NCBI GenBank assembly: GCA_035450165.1
Contig: DAOTMI010000002.1
Span: forward strand, 12,343 to 72,896
Direction: 5' to 3'
Length of the DNA: 60,554 bases
Origin: Candidatus Woesebacteria bacterium
GTDB lineage: Bacteria; Patescibacteriota; Microgenomatia; UBA12405
Positions 16,421 through 24,885 of this stretch are shown here, piece after piece. Within the stretch, counting starts at the first letter, position 1. The number at the start of each line of letters is the position of its first letter. The notes under the pieces are model-generated. The model was not told where the DNA came from. It searched no databases and saw only the letters and a program-made list of their open reading frames with translations. The position numbers and the translations under genes are program-made.

Positions 16421-17381
16421 GTCGCCGTTCCACTTCCACCTGATTCCACTCATCTCCCAAACTCAAAAGGTCCATTTTAGCTCCCCATTGCTCCAAATTT
16501 TTAGCCGCATTGGCTGTCCCCAATTGAAGAGCTAAAACCATATCGCTACTTCTCAAATAGCTGCCCAAAAAACCGCTGTTAAAAGAATCACCGGCACCGG
16601 TTTTATCAATCACTTCTGTTGGTAAAATTCCACTCCGATAATAAAATTTTTTATCGGAGGCAATCGCTCCTTTAGATCCTCGGGTAATTACCCAAATTCC
16701 TTTTGTTAAATTATCCAACTCATGAGCTATTTCAACTAAGTTCTGAGAAGAAATCCCAGTTATAAGTGAAGCTTCTTCCTCATTAACGAATAAAATATCA
16801 ATTTTACCAAGAATTTCCCTTAATTTTGTCTTCATAAAAGTTATCTGCCTTGTTCCGGGATTAATAGCAACTCGAATTTTTTGCTCGCAGGAAAAATCTA
16901 AAAGGGGATTGAAAAATTCAAGGTTTTTGCCCCCTAGAGGAGCAAGATAAAACCAATCAGTCTGAAATTTAGACCAAGGAAGACTATTTTGATCCAATTC
17001 ATTTGAGGCTCCTCGATAAACTAAAATTGTTCTTTCTGTTCCCGGAGCCATTAAAATAACCGATTGATTAGTCGGTTTTTGATTATTCTTTAAAACAAGA
17101 GAAGTATCAACCTTAAAATTCTCTAAATCGTGAATAACCTCCTGGCCGCTTAAATCATTACCAACCATACCACACCATGCTGTGGTGAAACCCAGCTTCC
17201 TTAAGCCAACGGCTACATTAGTGCCGCCGCCGCCAGTTAAAGCCAAAACTCGATCTACTTCAATTTTTGCTCCCAAACTTAGTTTAATACCATCAGCAAT
17301 TGTCTCTGAAGATAAATGGTCAAAGATAAAATAAAAGTCTTTGGTGCCTGATCCGAAAGTAATAATGTCGAATTTCTTCAT
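16413..17381 (-). CDS. PfkB-family carbohydrate kinase (ribokinase-like)
   Basis: Motifs GGGGTNVAVGLRKLGF and the C-terminal DKTGAGDSFNSGF signature. Confidence 0.8.
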   Translation of the reverse strand: MKKFDIITFGSGTKDFYFIFDHLSSETIADGIKLSLGAKIEVDRVLALTGGGGTNVAVGLRKLGFTTAWCGMVGNDLSGQEVIHDLENFKVDTSLVLKNNQKPTNQSVILMAPGTERTILVYRGASNELDQNSLPWSKFQTDWFYLAPLGGKNLEFFNPLLDFSCEQKIRVAINPGTRQITFMKTKLREILGKIDILFVNEEEASLITGISSQNLVEIAHELDNLTKGIWVITRGSKGAIASDKKFYYRSGILPTEVIDKTGAGDSFNSGFLGSYLRSSDMVLALQLGTANAAKNLEQWGAKMDLLSLGDEWNQVEVERRPI

Positions 17382-17410
17382 TTAAGCAATGATACCACAA
17401 GGGCTATAAT
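17382..17410 (+). promoter_or_regulatory. Promoter for the GT2 gene at 17418
   Basis: TTAAGC (17382..17387), a 17-nt spacer, TATAAT (17405..17410), then 7 nt to the GTG at 17418. Confidence 0.45.
17389..17397 (-). promoter_or_regulatory. Extended -10 element for the PfkB kinase gene
   Basis: The minus strand reads TGgTATCAT, followed by 7 nt and then the ATG at 17381. Confidence 0.4.
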
Positions 17411-17417
17411 AGGGTTA

Positions 17418-18257
17418 GTGAGCCAAATCGAGCTTTCTATCATCATTGTCACTTGGAACACTGCTCCGATTACCCTCGAATGTTTAAAAACAATCCATCA
17501 ATATCTCTCCGATAAGTTATCTTTCGAAGTTATCGTCGTCGACAACGCCTCCACCGACAATACCATTTTAGAAATTAAAAATTGGTCTGCTAGCCGGCGG
17601 ATAAAAATTATTAATAATCCTCAAAATTATGGTTTTGCCCGAGCTTGCAACATCGGCGCCCGAAAAGCCAAAGGTATTTATCTTCTCTTCTTAAACTCTG
17701 ATATGAAATTAATCGATAGCAGTCTGGTTAAAATGGTTGAATATATCAAGAACCATTCCCGAATTGGTATTATCGGGCCAAAATTCCTCAATCCCGATTT
17801 AACCCCTCAAGGTTCTGTTTTTCCTCCCCAAACCGCCATAAACGCCTTTAAGGAATATATTTTAGGTATTAAAAATGCTTATTCAAAATATGTTCCGACT
17901 ACAAACCAACCAATTCCAGTATGGTCAATTTCTGGTGGAGCGTTAATTATAAAAAAAGAATTATTTTTTCAAGCCAAAGGATGGAATGAAAAATATTTTA
18001 TGTATTTTGAAGATTTGGATCTTTGCCAAACTATTAGACAATTAGGCTATCTGGTCATTTTTTACCCCCGATGTTCTTTAATTCATGCTCATGGTCAAAG
18101 CGGCAAAAACCTAACCCCAGCCAAAGACCAATGGCGCCGCCTTATTCCGAGTAGTATTAAATTTCATGGAAAAATCAACCACTACTTAATCAATATTATT
18201 ATCTGGTTAGGTCAAAAAATTCACCATTTATCTTTTCTTTCCTACTATCAATTATAA
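17418..18257 (+). CDS. GT2 glycosyltransferase
   Basis: GTG start. Motifs LSIIIVTWNT, VIVVDNASTDNT, NYGFARACNIG, FLNSDMKL and FEDLDLCQ. Confidence 0.75.
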   Translation: MSQIELSIIIVTWNTAPITLECLKTIHQYLSDKLSFEVIVVDNASTDNTILEIKNWSASRRIKIINNPQNYGFARACNIGARKAKGIYLLFLNSDMKLIDSSLVKMVEYIKNHSRIGIIGPKFLNPDLTPQGSVFPPQTAINAFKEYILGIKNAYSKYVPTTNQPIPVWSISGGALIIKKELFFQAKGWNEKYFMYFEDLDLCQTIRQLGYLVIFYPRCSLIHAHGQSGKNLTPAKDQWRRLIPSSIKFHGKINHYLINIIIWLGQKIHHLSFLSYYQL

Positions 18258-18311
18258 TTAATTATCACTAAATCAATCAAATTACTGGTTTTAGCTGTCA
18301 TTATCAGGGTT

Positions 18312-19442
18312 TTGGTTATGCCATGGTTTTTCCATCCTGATATTAAAAGCCAGTATTTTCATTTCCAATTTTTATCTCAGGGAGTAATTAACATCTACGA
18401 TCATATTGATAATAATAAAAACCAACTCCCATATCACGATACCTTCAATTACCCCCCTTTGGCTTATTATACTTTTGGCCTAATTAACATCACCCTAAAA
18501 CCATTTTTACCGGCTGATTTTTCTCAATGGATTAATGATTGGGGAATGAATCAAAATAATTATTCCCATCTACCAATATTTATGTTTGTTTTAAAACTGC
18601 CCTATCTTGTTTTGGATGTTCTTATGGCTGTTGTCCTTCTTAAAATTTTCAAAGATGAAAGGGTTTTTAAATTTTGGCTCTTTAACCCGATTAGTATTTA
18701 TTTAATCTATATTCTCGGTAATTTCGATATTCTTCCTACTTTCTTATCCCTCCTGGCTTTCCTTTTCTTAAGCCAAGAACGTGATTTTTGGGCTTTTTTC
18801 ACCCTCGGTCTAAGTATCGCCCTTAAAGCCTATGCTTTCATATTTGTTCCTTTTTTTCTCTTTTACCGACGATTTTCCGTTAAAAATATATTTTATCTTT
18901 CAATTCCCATCCTAGTAACCATCCTGCCATTTATTTTTCAACCTGTTTTTTTAAATTCATTTATGGGCTCCGGTTTAACCCAAAAAATTCTGGAAAATAA
19001 AATCTTTAATCTTCCAGTTTTTCCCTTAATTTATTTTTTTATTTTTATTCAATATTTTTGTGCCAAAAATAAACCAAAAGCTTTTCTTAAAAGCATTCTT
19101 TATACTTTTCTTTTCTTTTTTGCTCTAGTTAAATTTCATCCTCAATGGTTAATTTGGTTCTTTCCCTTTCTTATTCCCTCTATTATAGCTAATCAAAAAA
19201 AGCTCTTTTTATTTATCGTCTACCTTATCTTTGTCTTTGTTTATATTAGCCTAATAAATGATAGTTATTTAACATGGGGCCATTTAATCCCCATCAACCC
19301 GGCAATAGTTAATTTGACTACTCCTTATAATTTCATCAAAAACAGATTTATGGTCAATCCGGCAATAATTCAAAACATTATTAAAAACATTCTCTTTATT
19401 CTAGCTTTTTTCCACCTCGCTTTTTATGAAAAAAAAGAATAA
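18312..19442 (+). CDS. Polytopic GT-C membrane glycosyltransferase (DUF2029/GT87-like); true start probably upstream
   Basis: 376 aa and very hydrophobic, with the loop motif DTFNYPPLAYY. The frame is open back to 18258 and encodes a plausible first helix, KLLVLAVIIRVLV. Confidence 0.5.
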   Translation: MVMPWFFHPDIKSQYFHFQFLSQGVINIYDHIDNNKNQLPYHDTFNYPPLAYYTFGLINITLKPFLPADFSQWINDWGMNQNNYSHLPIFMFVLKLPYLVLDVLMAVVLLKIFKDERVFKFWLFNPISIYLIYILGNFDILPTFLSLLAFLFLSQERDFWAFFTLGLSIALKAYAFIFVPFFLFYRRFSVKNIFYLSIPILVTILPFIFQPVFLNSFMGSGLTQKILENKIFNLPVFPLIYFFIFIQYFCAKNKPKAFLKSILYTFLFFFALVKFHPQWLIWFFPFLIPSIIANQKKLFLFIVYLIFVFVYISLINDSYLTWGHLIPINPAIVNLTTPYNFIKNRFMVNPAIIQNIIKNILFILAFFHLAFYEKKE

Positions 19443-20001
19443 TTTTTTCTTTTTATTTTTAAGTGAAATTCTAATTTTATTTATTCTGCTTTTTATTATC
19501 CCAGCTATTTTTCTTAACCGTTTTTATGAAAGCAACGAGAGTGGTGATTATGAATTTATTCCTTTGGCCAACGGTAAAATCATCGAAGAAAACTTAAAAA
19601 CAACTCATTTTAACCTTGAACAAATTTCCCTCTTGTTTAAAAATCCAAATTTTAAAAGCGATCAGTCAATTTTTATTGAAATCAACCAGAACAGTTTAGC
19701 TTTAACCGGTCATTCGGTCGGTGATCCCAGCTGGGTACCATTTAAATTCCCGCCTACCAACGGCCAAATTAATCTCAAAATTTATTCTCCGACAACACCG
19801 AAGGATTTAATCTACTTAGGCATTAATCAAAAAGATAAAAGTATTGCTACCAAAAGTGTCTATCGGATTATCGGTTTCAAAAACCGTTTTATCGCTAATT
19901 CTACTTTTCAAATTAATCGCCTGAAAAACAATTTTACTCCGATTATTATTTATGGCTTAATTATTCTCATCCTGGATTGTTTTTATGTTAAAAAGAAATA
20001 A
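19426..20001 (+). CDS. Small bitopic membrane protein (N- and C-terminal helices), unknown function
   Basis: 191 aa. It has the N-terminal helix FFFLFLSEILILFILLFIIPAIF, a soluble middle of about 120 aa, and the C-terminal helix IIIYGLIILILDCF. Confidence 0.4.
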   Translation: MKKKNNFFFLFLSEILILFILLFIIPAIFLNRFYESNESGDYEFIPLANGKIIEENLKTTHFNLEQISLLFKNPNFKSDQSIFIEINQNSLALTGHSVGDPSWVPFKFPPTNGQINLKIYSPTTPKDLIYLGINQKDKSIATKSVYRIIGFKNRFIANSTFQINRLKNNFTPIIIYGLIILILDCFYVKKK

Positions 20002-21685
20002 AATCATCCTCATTCTATTAATCGCTTTTTTCCTCAGAACTATTTACCTTGGCATTTACCCAAATAATTTAACCAATGATGAACTTCATTTTGTCTTGAA
20101 TGCCAAAAGTGTCTTTCTCCAATTTTCCAATCTAGCTCATAACTGGAATCCCTTTAGTCTCACAACAATTCCCCAAGAAAGTAGTTCTGAACTGCCGTTT
20201 GTCTTGACTTCTTGGCTTATTGGGCCTCTACCTCTAGATTTGTTCTTCTCTAAATTAATCTATGTTTTATTCGGCGTTGGAACGGTTTATTTGATTTATT
20301 GTCTCAGCCAAAAATTATTTAATGAAAAAATAGCTCTCTTAGCGGCTTTGATTTTTTCTCTTAATCCTTGGTCTATTTTAGTTAACCGAACCGCTTTTGA
20401 TGCCCCATTAGCCATCTTCTTCTACCTCTTAACCCTCTATTGTCTTTTAATCTACCGGGGCAAGAAAATTCTTTGGTCATTCATCCCAGCCCTAATCGCT
20501 TTCTATTGCTATATTGGTACTAAAGTAATCTTTCTACCGATTATGTTCTGTTACCTAATTTTTACCTTTCACCGTAATCCTAAGGATAAAAAATATTACT
20601 TCATCGTTGCCCTGCTGTCTATTATTCTAGTTATTTTCTATTATAGTCGAATAGGTAATGGCGCATCTAGATTAAATGAACTGGCCACCCCCAATCATCC
20701 TTCAATTATCAATCAGTCATTAACTGATCGCAACCAATCATTAAAAACTCCCTTAAAAATAATTTTTTCCAATAAATACACCGTTTTTGTTGAGAATTTC
20801 CTGGTAAAATATTTTGGTAATTTTTCTCCCAATATCTTATTTCTTAAAGGTGATACCACTTATTTCATTTCTCTATGGCGGCATGGTTATTTTTACTTAA
20901 TCGATTCCATTTTCATTATTCTGGGTCTTATTGCCCTTTTCAACTTTAACAGACAATTGTTTTATTTTATTATTAGCTTAATCGCCCTTTCTCCTATTCC
21001 GGAGGCAATTAGAATTGATCCTATTCCAGCCTACGCTTTTCATAGCTGTTTTCAATATCCCTTTCTTTGTGTTTTAGTCGCTTTAGGTATCGACCAATTT
21101 TTAAAACTTAAAATTCCCCTGTCGAAATTATTACTTATAATCGTTTACAGTTTCTCTTTCTCTTATTTTCTCTATATCTATTTTTATCGTTATCCTGTTT
21201 ATCAATCAGAAGGTTTCTTTTTCAGCCGACGACTAGTTTCTCAATATTTAAAGCTGGTTCCCAATGATCATCCGATAGTAGTTATCAGCCCTGAACCTGA
21301 TTCTCTCTATCGCAATTACTTATTCAACAGTAATTTATTAAACCGAAATAATTTAAAAAACATTACTGAGCAGTACCAAAAAAATAGCTCCAGAGAACTT
21401 TTTACCGAGGCTAACATTACCTTTATTAACAAAATTCCCCAAACATTCGATAAAAACGTAACATACATTATTGACAGGCAAACCAACTGGCAACCCAAGG
21501 GGATTGATTTTCTCGTTATTAATAAATTAAATGAACCAGCTAACTTATTTTTTATCATTAATGATAACTTATGCGACCGAAACCAACTTGATTACTACGT
21601 CCACAATCTTCGTTTAGCCGATTTTAATTTAAATCAACTTAACCAACAGGCATTTTGCCAAAAATATCTTGACCGACCTCTTTAA
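19985..21685 (+). CDS. GT-C membrane glycosyltransferase (GT39/PMT_2-like)
   Basis: 566 aa and polytopic, with the first-loop motif NLTNDELHFVLNAKS and a soluble C-terminal domain. Confidence 0.6.
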   Translation: MLKRNKIILILLIAFFLRTIYLGIYPNNLTNDELHFVLNAKSVFLQFSNLAHNWNPFSLTTIPQESSSELPFVLTSWLIGPLPLDLFFSKLIYVLFGVGTVYLIYCLSQKLFNEKIALLAALIFSLNPWSILVNRTAFDAPLAIFFYLLTLYCLLIYRGKKILWSFIPALIAFYCYIGTKVIFLPIMFCYLIFTFHRNPKDKKYYFIVALLSIILVIFYYSRIGNGASRLNELATPNHPSIINQSLTDRNQSLKTPLKIIFSNKYTVFVENFLVKYFGNFSPNILFLKGDTTYFISLWRHGYFYLIDSIFIILGLIALFNFNRQLFYFIISLIALSPIPEAIRIDPIPAYAFHSCFQYPFLCVLVALGIDQFLKLKIPLSKLLLIIVYSFSFSYFLYIYFYRYPVYQSEGFFFSRRLVSQYLKLVPNDHPIVVISPEPDSLYRNYLFNSNLLNRNNLKNITEQYQKNSSRELFTEANITFINKIPQTFDKNVTYIIDRQTNWQPKGIDFLVINKLNEPANLFFIINDNLCDRNQLDYYVHNLRLADFNLNQLNQQAFCQKYLDRPL

Positions 21686-21704
21686 TTAATTGCCCTTACT
21701 CTCA

Positions 21705-21731
21705 TTAGCAGTCAATAGTTCTGACTGCTAA
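21705..21731 (+). terminator. Perfect 10-bp stem-loop after the operon; candidate terminator with no U-tract
   Basis: TTAGCAGTCA-atagttc-TGACTGCTAA, starting 19 nt after the stop at 21685 in a 99-nt intergenic gap. Confidence 0.4.
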
Positions 21732-21784
21732 AATTAAAACTGCAGAAATTAATAGTAAAATATAACTATCTAACTAAAATTAGA

Positions 21785-23284
21785 ATGAAAAATAAACTAG
21801 TGTTTCTAGCAGCTATTTTGGGTCTTTTATCCTGTCTGAGACTTTTTCGCCCCGGTTTCTATTCAACCCAAGACGAAATGCATATTTTTAGACTAGAGCA
21901 ATTTGATAAATGTTTTCATGACTTACAAATTCCCTGCCGTTACGTTCCTGATGCCGGCTTCGGTTATGGTTATCCTCTCTTTAACTTTTACGCCCCGGCT
22001 TTTTACTTTTTAGCTGAGATCTTCCACTTAATCGGATTTTCTTTCACCACCAGCGTCAAAATAATTTTAATTCTCATTAAAATAGGGGGGGGAGTTGGTT
22101 TATTTTTATTATCTCGATCTTTACTAGCCACTGCCTTGTTCACTTTTGCTCCTTATCAAGCTACTAATTTATTTGTCCGTGGGGCTTTTCCTGAATTACT
22201 AGCTCTTAATCTTATCCCTTGGGTTTTTTACTTTTTTAAAAATAAAAATTACCCTTGGGCTGCTTTCAGTCTTGCCCTCCTGTTTCTCTCCCATTCCCTT
22301 ACCAGTTTAGCCGTTCTAATTCTTCTTATTCCTTATCTTTTCTTTTTTGTTAAAGACTATAAACATCAGCTATTTACCTTTTTAACTGCCTTTGGCTTAG
22401 CCGCTTTCTTTCTATTGCCGGCTTTCTGGGAAAAAAACTTAACCACTATGTCAACTATGACTCAGGATTATTTTAATTACACCAATCACTTTACGACTCT
22501 TCATCAATTATTTATCTCCCGATCCTGGGGTTACGGGGCTTCTCTCTGGGGGCCAAACGACGATATGGCCTTTTCAGTCGGCTGGCTCCAATGGCTTATC
22601 CCCTTAATCACCTTGATTGTTTTAATTTTAACCCAAAAAAATTCCAAACCTTTTCTTTTCTTTTCTTTTTTTGCTTTATTTTTTCTCTTTCTAACTCACA
22701 ATAAATCGACTTTTATTTGGCAGACATTTCCTTTTATGGCCTATTTTCAGTTTCCTTGGCGGTTCTTAGGAATAGCTGTTTTCTGCCTTTCTCTAGCCAG
22801 CTCCTTTCTTCCTCTTCGTCAATGGCTGGCTATTATTTTTATAATCTTAACGATTGTTACTAATTTTAATTATTTTAAAGAAGATATTTGGTATCAAAAT
22901 TATAATTTACCAATTACTAAGGTTAGCGGTGAAGGATTAAAAGATTATTGGCCGAAATACGGCCAAAATTTTCCAACTGAATATATAGCTAACCCCTTGT
23001 ACACCAAAAAATCCAACCAAGTCACCACCGATTTAAATCTTACTCAAAAAACCGATCTACTCCTGCCCGTGGTTTATTTCCCTAATATGAAACTTTTTAT
23101 CAATCAACAAGAGCATCCCTATACCATCGATTCTCATTATGGCCAAGTAAAAACTACTCTTAATCCCGGCAGTTATAATCTAAAATTGATCTTTTACAAC
23201 ACCCCCATCCGTACCATCGCCAATTTTATCAGTTTGCTAGCATTATTCTTTTTGCCATACCTATGGCGTTTAAAAGAAAAATAA
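21785..23284 (+). CDS. Large polytopic membrane protein, putative GT-C-like, family unresolved; paralog of 6971..8665
   Basis: Contains QDEMHIFRLEQFDKCFHDLQIPCRYVPDAGFGYGYPLFNFYAP and the terminal anchor NTPIRTIANFISLL. Both blocks match 6971..8665. Confidence 0.45.
   Translation: MKNKLVFLAAILGLLSCLRLFRPGFYSTQDEMHIFRLEQFDKCFHDLQIPCRYVPDAGFGYGYPLFNFYAPAFYFLAEIFHLIGFSFTTSVKIILILIKIGGGVGLFLLSRSLLATALFTFAPYQATNLFVRGAFPELLALNLIPWVFYFFKNKNYPWAAFSLALLFLSHSLTSLAVLILLIPYLFFFVKDYKHQLFTFLTAFGLAAFFLLPAFWEKNLTTMSTMTQDYFNYTNHFTTLHQLFISRSWGYGASLWGPNDDMAFSVGWLQWLIPLITLIVLILTQKNSKPFLFFSFFALFFLFLTHNKSTFIWQTFPFMAYFQFPWRFLGIAVFCLSLASSFLPLRQWLAIIFIILTIVTNFNYFKEDIWYQNYNLPITKVSGEGLKDYWPKYGQNFPTEYIANPLYTKKSNQVTTDLNLTQKTDLLLPVVYFPNMKLFINQQEHPYTIDSHYGQVKTTLNPGSYNLKLIFYNTPIRTIANFISLLALFFLPYLWRLKEK
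22085..22092 (+). repeat. G8 homopolymer inside a CDS
   Basis: ATAGGGGGGGGAGTT encodes IGGGV. This is the longest G/C run I saw in the window. Confidence 0.9.
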
Positions 23285-24885
23285 GCCTGCCTGCCGCCAG
23301 GCAAGCTTTTATTCTAATTCTACTTTTAGCCGCTTTTTTAAGGCTTTATCAATTGGATAAATTCCCTGTCAGCCTTAATTGGGATGAAATCAGTCATAGC
23401 TACAATGCTTATTCCATTTTAAAAACCGGTAAAGATCAATGGGGGACAAAGATGCCAATTTTTAACTTCCGAGCTTATGGTGATTACCCAACTACTTTAA
23501 ATATGTATCTCACTATTCCCTGGGTCAAATTCCTAGGTTTAAATGCCTGGTCTACCAGATTGCCCTCGGCTATCTGCGGCATAGTCATCGTTATTTTTGC
23601 CTATCTTATCACCGAATCACTCTTGAAAAACAAATTGATCTCTTTATCGGTCATGTTTTTGGCGGCTATTTCCCCCTGGACTTTATTCACTTCCCGAGCG
23701 GCTTTTCAGTCGACTGTGGCTCAGGCCTTTCTCCTCATCGGCATTTATTTTTTAATCAATTTTTTATTCAACCAAAAAAGAACCCTCTTTGCTTCTCTTA
23801 TCTTTTTTAATCTTTCTATGTATGGCTATCATAGCAGCCGCATTTTTGTTCCGCTTTTCTTACTAGCAATATTGATTGTTTATTTTAAACCGATTAAAAA
23901 AAATTTTTTTGCCTTTATTATCGGCATTCTACTGATGCTTCCCATTTTCCTTAATTTCTTTAACCCCGAATCCCGGGCCAGATCGACCTGGGTCTCTATC
24001 TTAAATCCAAGCGCCATCAACACTATCAATGAATCACGCCGCCTTTTTAATGGTCCTCCTTTTCTAGCTCGGATTATCTATAATAAAGTTTCCTACTCCG
24101 TCCCTATTTTAATCAAAAATACCCTTAATTTCTTCAATCCTATTCCTCTTTTCATCACTGGCAGTCGCCAATACCAATTCAACGTGGCCAATCATGGTCT
24201 GATCTATTTAATCTGCTTGCCTTTTTTCTATTACGGCTTATTTATTATTTTTCAGCAGGTATTGAAACATAAAGACCAAAAATATTTGTTCCTCCTTCTT
24301 TGGTATTTAATCGGCTTGGTCCCGGCAATGATTACCACCGGAGATTTTCCGACTCTAAGATTATTTCTAATCATTCCTCTCCCTTTTATTGCTATTAGCC
24401 TTGCTCTTAACAAGAATAAAAAAATATTACCTTATTTTATCTTTTTGATTTCCTGCTCTCTTATTTACTATCTTTATCTTTACACCACCAGTTATGCCCG
24501 AAATTATTCAGCCAGCTGGCAGGCTGGCTACCAAGAAGCCGTAACTTATATCAAGGAAAATTATAACCAATATGAACAAATAATTTTCACTAAAAAATAT
24601 GGCGAACCTCACGAATTTATTCTTTTTTATTGGCCCTATGATCCGGCTAAATATCAACAAATGGCCCAAACTGACTACCACGCTTCATGGTACTGGGTAA
24701 ATGCTTTCGATAAATTCATTTTTATTAATGATTGGGAAATAAAAGAAAAAACAAAAAATTTATCCCGCCCCACCTTAATTATTACCAGCCCTAATAATTT
24801 TAACCCTGATGCTAAACTATTAAAGACCATTTATTTAAAAGATAAAACACCGGCCTTCGACATCGTAGCTGTTTATGAAAAATAA
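23263..24885 (+). CDS. GT-C membrane glycosyltransferase (GT39/PMT_2-like), tandem paralog 1 of 3
   Basis: Contains NWDEISHSYNAYSILKTGKDQWG and the C-terminal block YGEPHEFILFYWPYDPAKYQQ. Confidence 0.65.
   Translation: MAFKRKISLPAARQAFILILLLAAFLRLYQLDKFPVSLNWDEISHSYNAYSILKTGKDQWGTKMPIFNFRAYGDYPTTLNMYLTIPWVKFLGLNAWSTRLPSAICGIVIVIFAYLITESLLKNKLISLSVMFLAAISPWTLFTSRAAFQSTVAQAFLLIGIYFLINFLFNQKRTLFASLIFFNLSMYGYHSSRIFVPLFLLAILIVYFKPIKKNFFAFIIGILLMLPIFLNFFNPESRARSTWVSILNPSAINTINESRRLFNGPPFLARIIYNKVSYSVPILIKNTLNFFNPIPLFITGSRQYQFNVANHGLIYLICLPFFYYGLFIIFQQVLKHKDQKYLFLLLWYLIGLVPAMITTGDFPTLRLFLIIPLPFIAISLALNKNKKILPYFIFLISCSLIYYLYLYTTSYARNYSASWQAGYQEAVTYIKENYNQYEQIIFTKKYGEPHEFILFYWPYDPAKYQQMAQTDYHASWYWVNAFDKFIFINDWEIKEKTKNLSRPTLIITSPNNFNPDAKLLKTIYLKDKTPAFDIVAVYEK

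Noticed and set aside
23285-23308. The small hairpin TGCCTG-ccgc-CAGGCA just after the stop at 23284, as a terminator.
   Set aside because: It has only a 6-bp stem and no U-tract, and it lies inside the N-terminal coding region of the next overlapping gene. It is unlikely to terminate transcription.
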